IMG/VR virus record: IMGVR_UViG_3300046467_002136
Location: 1-64,000 of that record
Source of the DNA: a virus
Length of the DNA: 64,000 nt
Direction: 5' to 3' (one strand)
A program made the position numbers and the translations under genes. Positions 18,113 through 27,774 of this stretch are shown one piece after another; within the stretch, counting starts at the first letter, position 1; every line of letters starts with the position of its first letter. The notes beneath the pieces were generated by a model. That model was given only the letters and a program-made list of their open reading frames with translations. It did no database searches and was not told the origin of the DNA.

Positions 18113-18889
18113 ATGTGGGCAGAGCATTTAGGTGGAGGAGTGGTCAAATTTCATGACTCCATCGAAATTGAAGATGGGGTTCTGAATACTCTTGAACAAA
18201 TGGCAGATCAAGCTCTGCTAGAAATGTATGATTTAGATCCTAAGGGTAGATTTGGGATCAATCAAAGTGGGCATGTTATCCCCGCAGATCAAATATCGAA
18301 AATGCCTATTCGCATCAACCAACCATTAGACCCAGATTTCTTTGGTCGTTGTGATGCGGCCATTTACGAAAACCTACTTACTTATTGCTCCCACTTTCCG
18401 GACGCTATGCCTTCATGTTGGTGGTCCGCAGGGGGACATGTCGCCGTCTATCGAAACGGTGGGTTACTAGGGCCACATAGTGACAACGATATTAATTATC
18501 ATTACGGAGACCACCCCAAAGACCAGACGGCCCTATTCAATGTTGTTTCATCCACTTTGGTATTGGGTGCAGGGTTTACCGGTGGAAATCTTAAATTCGA
18601 ATACTTGAATATTGAAACTAGGGTTGGCCCGGGTGATCATATTCTGTTTCCAGCGAACTACATGGCGACTCACTCCATCACAGAAATTCATGAAGGAACG
18701 CGATATAGCTATATTTCTACTTTCGGACAGGGAACATCAGCACCAGACCGGGGAATTGTTATTCAACCCAAGAGAGAGTCTGGAATGCAGGGCCGATCTT
18801 GGCTCCCAAGTTTAGAAAAAGACTTTATTGCAAAAGTGGGTCCTGATCATAAATTCGCACCTAGGCCACGAGATCACCAAAGAAAATGA
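18113..18889 (+). CDS. 2OG-Fe(II) oxygenase (WW subfamily)
   Basis: CWWSAGGH...LGPHSD...FPANYMATHSI...RYSY. Confidence 0.85.
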   Translation: MWAEHLGGGVVKFHDSIEIEDGVLNTLEQMADQALLEMYDLDPKGRFGINQSGHVIPADQISKMPIRINQPLDPDFFGRCDAAIYENLLTYCSHFPDAMPSCWWSAGGHVAVYRNGGLLGPHSDNDINYHYGDHPKDQTALFNVVSSTLVLGAGFTGGNLKFEYLNIETRVGPGDHILFPANYMATHSITEIHEGTRYSYISTFGQGTSAPDRGIVIQPKRESGMQGRSWLPSLEKDFIAKVGPDHKFAPRPRDHQRK

Positions 18890-19470
18890 ATGCAGTGTTA
18901 CCTTACGAAGAAATAATTACAATAGATAATTTTTTAAGTCGAGAACAATGCGACTGGTTTATTCGTTTATTTCACGCAGAAAATACTGACTTTGCTGAAC
19001 CTGGCGAACGATTTGGGTCGGAACTGTTATCACAACATCTCGAAATACTTCATCTCGATCAGATTTATTTCTATAAAGAAGTTAAATATATTGCTGCAGA
19101 ATGGGCTCGCTTAGTTCCGATCCCAAATGCTTTTCCTGATTACATGCAAGTAGTGAGAAGGGCACCGGGAGCCTCTCTCGGTTCTCATATCGATTTTGAA
19201 GACAGGGTTTATAGTTCAATAATTTATTTGAATGATGATTTTTCTGGTGGAGAAACAACAGTAGGTGACAGAACTATTAAACCTGAAATTGGGAAATGTA
19301 TCGGTTTTTATGGAAGTCATGTGCAACATGAGTTGCATGAAGTAAGAGATAACTCTAGATACATTCTTATTACATGGTTCAGAGATCTTGAGAATCTACC
19401 TTTAGAACGAAAAGAAATTGCCGCTCAGAGACAAAAAAATACAGAGTTGGCTAGTTCCTTGTTTAACTAA
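18886..19470 (+). CDS. 2OG-Fe(II) oxygenase, prolyl-4-hydroxylase-like
   Basis: IDNFLS..QC; HID...IIYLNDDFSGGET...QHE....RY...WF. Confidence 0.85.
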   Translation: MNAVLPYEEIITIDNFLSREQCDWFIRLFHAENTDFAEPGERFGSELLSQHLEILHLDQIYFYKEVKYIAAEWARLVPIPNAFPDYMQVVRRAPGASLGSHIDFEDRVYSSIIYLNDDFSGGETTVGDRTIKPEIGKCIGFYGSHVQHELHEVRDNSRYILITWFRDLENLPLERKEIAAQRQKNTELASSLFN

Positions 19471-20155
19471 AAGGATTGATGAGCTCAGAGAACCACTCTT
19501 GACCGGTTCCCTGTCCGCCCGGCGGAGTGCCTTGGCCAAAGAACTCTAAATAAGTGATTCTCTCGCCTGCCGTCACCGGGTTCACAGCGTGAGCCCCAAT
19601 AAAGTTGCAGGGGTACATCACAATTGTTCCCGTCTCAGGATTCATTGACGTATTTGATGTAGCAAATTCAAGTCCGCCGCCTTCTTCAGCTTTCTTAAGA
19701 ATCAAAGCAGCGGTAATTTCGTTGTAAATTGGAGCTTCGGTTGCGGGAGTTTGACCTGGGGTGTACTCGATTTCTCGATCTGAGTGACTTCCCATACCTT
19801 GTCCGTTCTCGTAACAGGCAACCTGCCCATCAACCCTCCACCAAATTGATCTCCACACGGAGGGGTGAATATGAACGTATTCGACCAGACACTCGTGCAC
19901 TATATTTCTTATCTCGTTGTAAAACGAGAGGTCTTCCCCGTCGGGAGTTAGGTTTAAAAAGCGGGTTGGGGATGACTTTATTTGCTCTGGGGTGAAGGTG
20001 TATCCACCTCTATTCACATAGTTGCCATCATCGTCGATTGTGTAATCGCTTGGCTCACATTCCCTGCGCAACGACATCCAATTATCTAAAACATCTGGAT
20101 CTACGTTAAAAACGTCCGGAAACTCGACAATTCCTCCATGGTGAACTACCTTCAT
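19463..20155 (-). CDS. 2OG-Fe(II) oxygenase (WW subfamily)
   Basis: IWWRVDGQ...MGSHSD...YPCNFIGAHAV...GERITY; ATG 20155 follows a GGAG RBS. Confidence 0.85.
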   Translation of the reverse strand: MKVVHHGGIVEFPDVFNVDPDVLDNWMSLRRECEPSDYTIDDDGNYVNRGGYTFTPEQIKSSPTRFLNLTPDGEDLSFYNEIRNIVHECLVEYVHIHPSVWRSIWWRVDGQVACYENGQGMGSHSDREIEYTPGQTPATEAPIYNEITAALILKKAEEGGGLEFATSNTSMNPETGTIVMYPCNFIGAHAVNPVTAGERITYLEFFGQGTPPGGQGTGQEWFSELINPFS

Positions 20156-20796
20156 ATTCTTTCTCCCCATCCTTCGGGCACATCGTTATTTTTAGCTGAC
20201 TCTTCTTTAAATTCTCTAGCTTGCACTCCCGGAGGTAAGACAATCGGGACAAGAGAACTTAGCGGGTCATTGAAGAATAGGTCCGATACGGATCGCGCAT
20301 CGTCTCCACTGAGCCACATGAAGCGTCTCAGATCACCCATCTCGTGTGACATGGGGTACCCATAGATACCGCACTCAACGTAGCTGTTGAGCAAGGTGGC
20401 GTTTTCTCGAAAGTCCTCCCAGTTGGTCGGGTGAACCCAATTGCAGTCAACATAAATACCTGAAAAGTCAGCTGCTATGGCAGCATCCATCGTTGGATAT
20501 GACTCGGCTCTGGGATAAATGCCTTCTTCTGTGACCATCGTTTGCTTTTCTTCATCCCACACGGCGCTTTCTCCGATGATGACACCACCAAACTGAGAGA
20601 CAGAAAACACAACATCTGCTTCTTCGAATACTCGATTTAGAGTTTCGACTTCTTTCGTTCCTACCAAACGAGCTCGTTCTTGGGTTAATTCGGAACGACT
20701 CTTTGTGGCTGACAACACGTTGTGACCGGCTCGAAGTAACGCATCAGCGATGGTGGCTCCCATTGCCCCTGTGTGGAGTATTCCTATTGTTGCCAT
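20152..20796 (-). CDS. NAD(P)-binding oxidoreductase, 6-phosphogluconate/3-hydroxyisobutyrate dehydrogenase-like N-terminal domain
   Basis: IGILHTGAMGATIA...GH.V; ADVVFS; YVDCN. Confidence 0.7.
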   Translation of the reverse strand: MATIGILHTGAMGATIADALLRAGHNVLSATKSRSELTQERARLVGTKEVETLNRVFEEADVVFSVSQFGGVIIGESAVWDEEKQTMVTEEGIYPRAESYPTMDAAIAADFSGIYVDCNWVHPTNWEDFRENATLLNSYVECGIYGYPMSHEMGDLRRFMWLSGDDARSVSDLFFNDPLSSLVPIVLPPGVQAREFKEESAKNNDVPEGWGERI

Positions 20797-21389
20797 AGGT
20801 CGTCACTCATCACGCCTTGGCGTGTTTCTCGTTGTATCGCCGTGCCTGTGGGCTCATAGGGGTAGAGGTTACCAGCTATAGAGACACGGTCTCTGTCAGG
20901 GAATTGTCTTGTTGTCATGTGTTGGTAATAGGCCCCAAAGATGACCAGTAGACCCGGACGAAGCGAGATGCTTTCAAGCTTTTCGAGACGATTGCAGTAC
21001 ATGATGTGAATCACCATGTCAGCATCGTCCTCCTCGCCCAAGGGGTAGTAGCAGAAGGAAAAGTGTTCTTCTGGATTCAACCAAGTATTCGACCAGTGGG
21101 AATGGGCCATGACGGACTGCCCGGGTCCTGTATACACACCCCAAATGGCGTCTATGTAATACGGTCGGCCTAACAACTCGCAGGCAGCACTTGTGATCTG
21201 CTGCCGCAAATCCATCGTGATGCTCCCAGTTGGTAAGTCGAAGTCCTTATGCGGCTCATGTTTTTCAACAACAAAATCATGAATAGCTTTAGCATTACGG
21301 CTGTCCAACTCACATGTCCAATAGCCAATATCAACAATTGAATGCCGTTGGGCATTTCGTATCGGCGAGGGTCGCTCTCTATCTTGCAT
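20784..21389 (-). CDS. Putative 2OG-Fe(II) oxygenase (HxH type)
   Basis: W......G.....HSH...SFCYYP...PG.L.IF.....H......RVSIAGN. Confidence 0.75.
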   Translation of the reverse strand: MQDRERPSPIRNAQRHSIVDIGYWTCELDSRNAKAIHDFVVEKHEPHKDFDLPTGSITMDLRQQITSAACELLGRPYYIDAIWGVYTGPGQSVMAHSHWSNTWLNPEEHFSFCYYPLGEEDDADMVIHIMYCNRLEKLESISLRPGLLVIFGAYYQHMTTRQFPDRDRVSIAGNLYPYEPTGTAIQRETRQGVMSDDLWQQ

Positions 21390-22197
21390 CGGGGAGTTTG
21401 TAACCTTCTGGCATATAGATATTTGTTGTTGTGTCTGCCATTTCCGGGTGTTCAAGTGGATCTATAACAGACTCGTTAAATTTGCCGTTTGGCGTTCCGT
21501 GACAGTACCACCCTACATGCGAATACCTTGACCCTCCGGAAACCTCAGAAACAGAATGCGCCGCCATGTAATTTGCAGGGAATAAAATAATGTCGCCCTT
21601 GCTTGGCTTGTATTCAATATCTAAGTATTCCCACGACACCAGTCCCCCCGTGAAATTGGTTCCGTCTAGCTCTGTTTCGGTCTCGACATGATCGTTGAGG
21701 AATGCCAATGTAGACACTACGGTGCGTGTGGCTATCTGATCTGAGGGGTGTGGCGAACCGTACTCATAGTCTGTGCTTTGGTCGGAATGTAGACCCAAGT
21801 AACAGGTTTCGGGATAGACCAGGATGTGTCCTTTAATTTTCCACCAGATGCAGTTGCCTGCCAGCGGGAATTTGTGGAGGTAGTACCACAGGCATAAGTC
21901 TCTAGCGTCTTCAAGAGCCGTCAAAGCTTCTTTGGCTTTTGGGTTCATGTCTCTGTGGACATAGGCGCAGTGCCTAGGCATGCTCCATACGGATGCCGAG
22001 GGGAAGAAATATCCGTTCCGGTTTATGTACCCATCTTCACCACTAATGGGGTCTTTGCCCGGTGTATACATGTCGGCAATTTCTTTTTCCGCCGACTCTT
22101 GAGAAAATTCTCGAATAAAGTCCCAGTCGAGCTCCACCGCGTTCCGATAGAGAATAACGCCACTACCGAGTTCTTCACCGTCCAAGTTCATGTTCAT
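21379..22197 (-). CDS. 2OG-Fe(II) oxygenase (WW subfamily)
   Basis: IWWKIKGH...LGLHSD...FPANYMAAHSV..V..G.RYS. Confidence 0.85.
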   Translation of the reverse strand: MNMNLDGEELGSGVILYRNAVELDWDFIREFSQESAEKEIADMYTPGKDPISGEDGYINRNGYFFPSASVWSMPRHCAYVHRDMNPKAKEALTALEDARDLCLWYYLHKFPLAGNCIWWKIKGHILVYPETCYLGLHSDQSTDYEYGSPHPSDQIATRTVVSTLAFLNDHVETETELDGTNFTGGLVSWEYLDIEYKPSKGDIILFPANYMAAHSVSEVSGGSRYSHVGWYCHGTPNGKFNESVIDPLEHPEMADTTTNIYMPEGYKLPDAR

Positions 22198-23935
22198 CCA
22201 TCTCTAACATGATGGTCAGAAAGTCTCGGATGTCCCCAACGATCTCTTTGCGTTCTTCGTTTGTTTTTAGATGATTGAAACATCCGAATACGGTATCGAC
22301 AGCAAATTGGACTAAAAAATCTTTAGGAGGTTGTCCTCCATTTTCTTCGAAGTGGCCCGTATACGAAATGAAGGGTAAATTCTCCCACCTGTATGGTCGT
22401 TCTTTATGGCTTGGGTAATGCATAAAGTCCGGATAGTGCCAAGCATGACCAGCGTGTCGGAGATCTCGACGAGCTTCAGTCATGGCGACGATTTGATTTA
22501 CGCAGTTGCTAAATAATGGATCGTCTACTGATTTGTATGCTCGGGAAATGTCTCCGTTTTTCGTAAACATAAAGATTTGACCCATTGGATCTACTCCGGG
22601 ATTCCAATATGGAGCATATTTAGAACAGAGAATATGGTTCTGGTCAAAAGGAATTTTCACAACATGAAAATCTGGGTATGGGAGCTGATCACACTCAGCC
22701 CAGTTAGATCCTTGAATTTGTTCCCATAAAGTTGTTATCTGATCTGGAATGTTCGAATATTCATCTTTAACAATAAAAAATATTGTTACGGAGTTGACTA
22801 AATGTTTGAATTCAGGAAGGGCGTAAATCCCTTTAGTGAGCACCAAGGGAATATGATCCGGATTCGCTACGGCGCTTGCCCAATCATCTTTTACGGGTCC
22901 GTCGTTTTCGCTACTGAACTTTTTACTAACTGTTAAGCGTTCATCTTTTGGTGGATTACCAACCTTTGGAGGAGGCTCAACTATCTCTGTGAACTTACTG
23001 GGGTCGTAATATGGTTTATCTATCCCCACTTCATAACGAGTAAAGACCCTTTCCTCAAATTGGAATTCAGGACTAAAGGCATGGATGAGGTTTCTGTTAT
23101 CCCAAATAAACAGATCTCCCACATCCCAAGACCATCTGAATCGAAGATCTTCACGTTGGAGCCCGTTCAGCATCCATGCTTTTATCTCTTCCCATGGTTC
23201 AGTTGTTCCACCCACGGGGTTGCACTCTGTTGGATTAAACCAAAACGAGGTTTTCCCAGTAGCGGGGTGGGTTCTCAAAGCTGGAAATGTTACTGATTTC
23301 CCATAATGAGGGGAAGTCAACTCGTGTTCTCCGTGGTTTGCTTCTGGATCAGCTCCCAACGAATGAACTACTTGAAGATCCTTCAAATACTCTCTCATAT
23401 GTTCAGGCATAATTTCATAGAGATATTCCAAACTGGCGACCAGCGTGTCGTCATTACCGACAGCCTCTGTTCGTACATCCATCCGCATACTCTGAAGAGC
23501 AGGTGGGGACTCATGAAAAGGATTATCTACATGCCAATTGCCCCTAATGAAAGCTTCGGAAGATTCGAAGTCATTCAATGGGTGTTGTTCTACCATCCAC
23601 GAATGATCAACATTTAGGATATTTCCTTGCGACGGTGGGTCGTCGTCATCTCCCCTGTAAACAGAATTAACTATTGCTATTTGCTCTTCAACCGTGGGAT
23701 GCAAATACTTAAAACCAATAGCTTGATGTTTGGTGAATAGGTCAGCATAAAAATCAGAGTCATCAAGTATCTCTTGGGGGGTCACCCCTTGGATTCTCAA
23801 ACCCAATCGACCGAGATGTAGTCCTGACGCCACTCCGGTACCACTTGGGGAATCATTCCCATCTCCCCGTTCACGCGGTTTGTCAGCTTCGGCCATCGTC
23901 GTATCGTACCGCTGACCTTCAGGCAGGTTCGACAT
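22175..23935 (-). CDS. TauD/TfdA-family dioxygenase with a long unknown C-terminal extension
   Basis: WHVD, DTLVAS, RTHPATGK, W..GDL.IWDNR..IH...R; start placed at MSNLP. Confidence 0.8.
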   Translation of the reverse strand: MSNLPEGQRYDTTMAEADKPRERGDGNDSPSGTGVASGLHLGRLGLRIQGVTPQEILDDSDFYADLFTKHQAIGFKYLHPTVEEQIAIVNSVYRGDDDDPPSQGNILNVDHSWMVEQHPLNDFESSEAFIRGNWHVDNPFHESPPALQSMRMDVRTEAVGNDDTLVASLEYLYEIMPEHMREYLKDLQVVHSLGADPEANHGEHELTSPHYGKSVTFPALRTHPATGKTSFWFNPTECNPVGGTTEPWEEIKAWMLNGLQREDLRFRWSWDVGDLFIWDNRNLIHAFSPEFQFEERVFTRYEVGIDKPYYDPSKFTEIVEPPPKVGNPPKDERLTVSKKFSSENDGPVKDDWASAVANPDHIPLVLTKGIYALPEFKHLVNSVTIFFIVKDEYSNIPDQITTLWEQIQGSNWAECDQLPYPDFHVVKIPFDQNHILCSKYAPYWNPGVDPMGQIFMFTKNGDISRAYKSVDDPLFSNCVNQIVAMTEARRDLRHAGHAWHYPDFMHYPSHKERPYRWENLPFISYTGHFEENGGQPPKDFLVQFAVDTVFGCFNHLKTNEERKEIVGDIRDFLTIMLEMDEHELGR

Positions 23936-24932
23936 CAGTTCTCGTTTCCCATGTTGATTCAACCGATTGGTCTGGGACATCGAGTACTTGATGTCCTTCA
24001 TACTTCGGGCCGATGCGATCATCGTGTTCATTCAAACCTGTACGCAAGCTACCCATCCATGTCCATGGATTGTCGAGCATGTTTTGGTCTTTGGCGGCTC
24101 CATACGCTATTCGTGAATCCAACTGTGCTTGGTCCTCCCAAGCGTTGCCAACATTAAACTGGACTTCAGATAGCGCATCATCCTTCACGAAGGTGAACCA
24201 CATGTAGGGCATCCCTTTAGGGAAGGTGATAATTGAATTTAGTTTGGTGACTTTCCAGTTCATCGCAAATGGATCTGGCCACCAGCCGGGGATCATGGCA
24301 GACAGCGGAACAACGCCATCCATAAAGAAGTTTGGTGGACCGGAAATGAAAGTGCTGTATCCCTCAGGAGGATTGAATATCCAATCCACGGCAATAGACA
24401 GAATGCCAACGATTGATGGCATAGCTAAATCCCGCTCATAGCCACTTTCTACAGGTTCTGGTTCCGGCATATCGGAGATCTCAGGTATCTCCGGATGCTG
24501 TAGTTCTGGCATTTCATATTCGGGATCAACCCAATCCTCTGGAGGCTGTCCAGCCCAACGACGAGGAGGGATCGGAGGAGGAACCTCCATCACAACCTCT
24601 ATCCATGAAAACGTTTCCTCATCCCAAGTATAAAAATTGCCGTCATCCGGATATGGGGGCATTACGGGCACGGCTGCGACTTCTGAAGGTTTTTGAGTTG
24701 CTACACACTGTCTCGTTAGTCCACTAAGTACCGTAGGGACACTTCTGTCGTCATACTGTATAAAAGACACCTCTTCAGGGAGAATCACTTCCCAACCAAG
24801 AGTGTTAGCAACCGTTAACGGCAAACACTTGTAAGCATGTTTTTTATAGCTCTCGTCCATCCAATCCCGCCGAGGACGTGATTGACGAATTTCGGGAGGC
24901 TGATGGTGTACGCGAGTAAGTCCTACCTCCAT
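23919..24932 (-). CDS. DUF6065-family protein with an internal Pro/acidic insertion
   Basis: RRDWMD...HAYKCLPL.VAN..GW; GPPN; PF.MNWK; F.KG.P. Confidence 0.7.
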   Translation of the reverse strand: MEVGLTRVHHQPPEIRQSRPRRDWMDESYKKHAYKCLPLTVANTLGWEVILPEEVSFIQYDDRSVPTVLSGLTRQCVATQKPSEVAAVPVMPPYPDDGNFYTWDEETFSWIEVVMEVPPPIPPRRWAGQPPEDWVDPEYEMPELQHPEIPEISDMPEPEPVESGYERDLAMPSIVGILSIAVDWIFNPPEGYSTFISGPPNFFMDGVVPLSAMIPGWWPDPFAMNWKVTKLNSIITFPKGMPYMWFTFVKDDALSEVQFNVGNAWEDQAQLDSRIAYGAAKDQNMLDNPWTWMGSLRTGLNEHDDRIGPKYEGHQVLDVPDQSVESTWETRTDVEPA

Positions 24933-25420
24933 GTCTCTCCCTTGAGCTTCTTGCCATCAATTTGCTTTAAATTGACAGTTCCAGAACCGAGGGCAACCAA
25001 CCGACCTTTGTTTTCGATACGGGTTGTAACAACGGCAGCACTCTTGCTCAGAGATTCAATCGTTGAATAGGCGTCACAGATACCACCCTCGACGCTCTTT
25101 AAGTAGTTGATACTGAGATTGGAGGTCGCTACCCAAGTACCGGCAGGAACAAAAGGATAAACAACTAATGGCATAGCCGTATCAACAAGAGAAGCCAAGC
25201 AGGCACCGTGTAGCTGTCCGGTAAACATCAAGTGCTGATCTTTGACGAGGAAAGCGCAATGGCACACGCCACGCACATCATCGATTTCTACAATCGCAAC
25301 TTCAAGCCAAGCAGCGACTCCAGCGGAGAACCCGTTTTCCCCAAACTTGGTTCCAACCATGTTTTCAATGAATTCGGGATGTTTAACTTCAAGCTGCAGA
25401 TGCTGACTCAATTTGCCCAC
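24923..25420 (-). CDS. PaaI-like hotdog-fold thioesterase
   Basis: G.LHGACLASLVDTA...T.NL.INYL...LVA.G.GT. Confidence 0.8.
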   Translation of the reverse strand: MGKLSQHLQLEVKHPEFIENMVGTKFGENGFSAGVAAWLEVAIVEIDDVRGVCHCAFLVKDQHLMFTGQLHGACLASLVDTAMPLVVYPFVPAGTWVATSNLSINYLKSVEGGICDAYSTIESLSKSAAVVTTRIENKGRLVALGSGTVNLKQIDGKKLKGETWR

Positions 25421-26105
25421 CTAAAGTATGTGCCGAATCTGACTCGCTTGAAAGATTAGTACCACGAGCCATTCCGGGCTGTTGGTGATTTCTATCGTTG
25501 TAGTCGTACATCGTGACTGCTGAGTACTTTAGCTTGTCTCCGATTATTGGTAACGACTTGTGAACGTAAGGGTAGTTGGACGGAAACACCATGAGGTCTC
25601 CCGCTTCAGGAGTGAACTTGATATCCATGTTGGGCAAGACCAGCTCTCCTCCCTCGTAACCGTCGTTTAGCCAACCAATCGTTGATGTCACAGCGCAGTA
25701 CGAGAAGCCGTGGTCGGGGTGCAGTTCAAAATGCTGACCTTCCGCATACTTCACAAAGTTTGTGGCTTCTTCAAACTCAAGATTGATGCCGTAATGCGGG
25801 CTGTAGTGGCTATGGACCGCCTGCCTCACAGGCTCGATATATTCTGTGTACACCGCACCCAAGTCTTCAAAACCGGGAGCTGTGACAGGCAGGGCCATTT
25901 CTGCCATTTTGAAGTCACTACAATCCCGGTAGTCAAGCATTTGATCCATGTCTCCGACAGTGGCTCCCTTCCATGAAAAGAACTCGTGTTCGCTGCCGTC
26001 TAAGGCCGCTTCGAGTCGTTCAATGAGGTTTGCCGGATCAGGCCAGACATTCTTGTATAAGATGATGGCCATAGCGGGATGGCCGCAGAAGCCTGCGATT
26101 TCCAT
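25389..26105 (-). CDS. 2OG-Fe(II) oxygenase, prolyl-4-hydroxylase-like
   Basis: KY..GQHF..HPD...LNDGYEGGEL...FPSNYPYVH...KYS. Confidence 0.85.
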   Translation of the reverse strand: MEIAGFCGHPAMAIILYKNVWPDPANLIERLEAALDGSEHEFFSWKGATVGDMDQMLDYRDCSDFKMAEMALPVTAPGFEDLGAVYTEYIEPVRQAVHSHYSPHYGINLEFEEATNFVKYAEGQHFELHPDHGFSYCAVTSTIGWLNDGYEGGELVLPNMDIKFTPEAGDLMVFPSNYPYVHKSLPIIGDKLKYSAVTMYDYNDRNHQQPGMARGTNLSSESDSAHTLGGQIESASAA

Positions 26106-26755
26106 TAATTCGCTCCTAAGTCTGTAATTGTAGTGAAAGCTGGACTAGTCCACCTTACCCCGGAAGTTATTTCTTTGACTCCGTGTAGATAGTGGATATC
26201 GCCCGGATGGGCAACTGCCATACCGGCTTCAATTTCTAAACAAATGTCGTGATCTTGGTAGTAGAACTGTCCACCCTCGAAATTGTCATTCCAGTAGATA
26301 ATTGAATTGATGTCATAACTAGGAAATGGATTAGGGGTTCCGTCGTTGAGTTGTTTATCCGAATGTGGGCTTTGAAGGTTGCCGGGCAGCCATCTAACAA
26401 TTACAGGTGGTCTCATGTAAACCTTGTAATTGAACTTTTTTTCGATGAGATACTTGAGTTTCATGTTGTATTTGTCAACAAGGTCATGCAATTCGAGGTA
26501 ATTGTCTCTAAGAATCCCGGTATTGCAGACCCGATCCCACCAATAAGAGGCGTCGTAAATGCAAGTGCCCTCATCGTTGAAGATATCCGGACTTGGATTA
26601 TGCCACTCGGTGATGTTCTCTACCAGAAATTGAACTCGTGTGAGGTCAGATGTCTCGACAAGGTCTTTCACGACGATAATGTGATCAGTAGAGTTACCGA
26701 AATGTCCGGGCTCTATCAGAGACGAGTCTAAATCAACGTCCTGATCCGGGTCCAT
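26105..26755 (-). CDS. 2OG-Fe(II) oxygenase, prolyl-hydroxylase-like
   Basis: VRW.PG..Q.PHSD...IYWNDNFEGG...PG...YLHGV.EITSGVRWT. Confidence 0.85.
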   Translation of the reverse strand: MDPDQDVDLDSSLIEPGHFGNSTDHIIVVKDLVETSDLTRVQFLVENITEWHNPSPDIFNDEGTCIYDASYWWDRVCNTGILRDNYLELHDLVDKYNMKLKYLIEKKFNYKVYMRPPVIVRWLPGNLQSPHSDKQLNDGTPNPFPSYDINSIIYWNDNFEGGQFYYQDHDICLEIEAGMAVAHPGDIHYLHGVKEITSGVRWTSPAFTTITDLGAN

Positions 26756-26785
26756 GATTGCAGCCTACCAGAATCAGGTTGTTGT

Positions 26786-27772
26786 CTATACCCCTTTGCC
26801 AACCTGAAATTTGTCTCCGTACTCCAAATGGTCAGCTTGGACCGATTCAGTTGGTAGTGTCCACTGTTGTTCTGGAGAATCGCCATCTTCTGTGGGTTCT
26901 CCGAGCAAATCGTCGATATGAGCACAGAGGATTGCTAGAGATTCTGTAATACCTCGTCTTTGCAGGGCATTGGGGTACACGCTGTTCCCAAATCCATCTA
27001 GACCAAGGGCTTCACGGACCTCACGGCGTATTTGCCCATCTTCTTGCCAACTACCTGGGGGAACAACAACTTCTTCTGTGTGTCCTTCTATAAACCACGG
27101 AAATACTTCCCCTTTGGGATCTCGTTCCCCGAGTAGGAATCCGTTGGCATAGCGCGTGAAGCTCTGTCCGTCTCGACTAACGAGGAATTTCTCAAAATTC
27201 CCTTGCAGCCCGGAAAATCCCGGCTTGCTGTCATCCACTATTTGTGGAGGGTCTGCCCAAGGGCTTGCTTCTTTGTGGTGCGGTAAATTGTTTTCGTCTC
27301 GTTCCAAATGAGCGCAATCCACCATGTGTTGCCAAAATGGGTCCATTTCTTGCTGGTGTTGTGCTCCGGGTTGCCATTTGGGATCGTAAACGTGTTTGTC
27401 GAATCTCCCATTAGTTAGTTCGGAAAACTGGAAGTCAACTCCATAGTTGTTTTTAGCGTACTTCTCAGCTACTTGACTGGCATTCAGATCTTTGTATTCG
27501 CCAGTTTTTTCATTTTCAGCGAAGGCTTCTAAGCCGTCATTGAATTCACCGTAACCATGACAGGTGAAATCGTCTACGACGATAGCCCTGATCTGAAAGT
27601 CATCCTCGTCTTTATAGTGCTCATCTAATGCTTTGAGCGCGATCATCTGAGGGTAGTTGCCACAACCCGCAGCAATATTAAAAACAAGAGTGACTTTCCC
27701 TTTGCAGTCATCCAGAATGTCCGGATTTTCTCCATCTGCTGACGCAATTTTGAAGTCATATGCGCTACCCAT
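26786..27772 (-). CDS. Glutathione-peroxidase-like protein (Cys type)
   Basis: KGKVTLVFNIAAGCG..PQ...L..L...Y; NFEKFLVSRDG. Confidence 0.75.
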   Translation of the reverse strand: MGSAYDFKIASADGENPDILDDCKGKVTLVFNIAAGCGNYPQMIALKALDEHYKDEDDFQIRAIVVDDFTCHGYGEFNDGLEAFAENEKTGEYKDLNASQVAEKYAKNNYGVDFQFSELTNGRFDKHVYDPKWQPGAQHQQEMDPFWQHMVDCAHLERDENNLPHHKEASPWADPPQIVDDSKPGFSGLQGNFEKFLVSRDGQSFTRYANGFLLGERDPKGEVFPWFIEGHTEEVVVPPGSWQEDGQIRREVREALGLDGFGNSVYPNALQRRGITESLAILCAHIDDLLGEPTEDGDSPEQQWTLPTESVQADHLEYGDKFQVGKGV

Positions 27773-27774
27773 GA

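Noticed and set aside
10301-26755. Oxygenases as TET/JBP or AlkB DNA-modifying enzymes
   Set aside because: Motifs look prolyl-hydroxylase-like and the context is tail genes, with no DNA methylase or glycosyltransferase nearby; not fully excluded without assays
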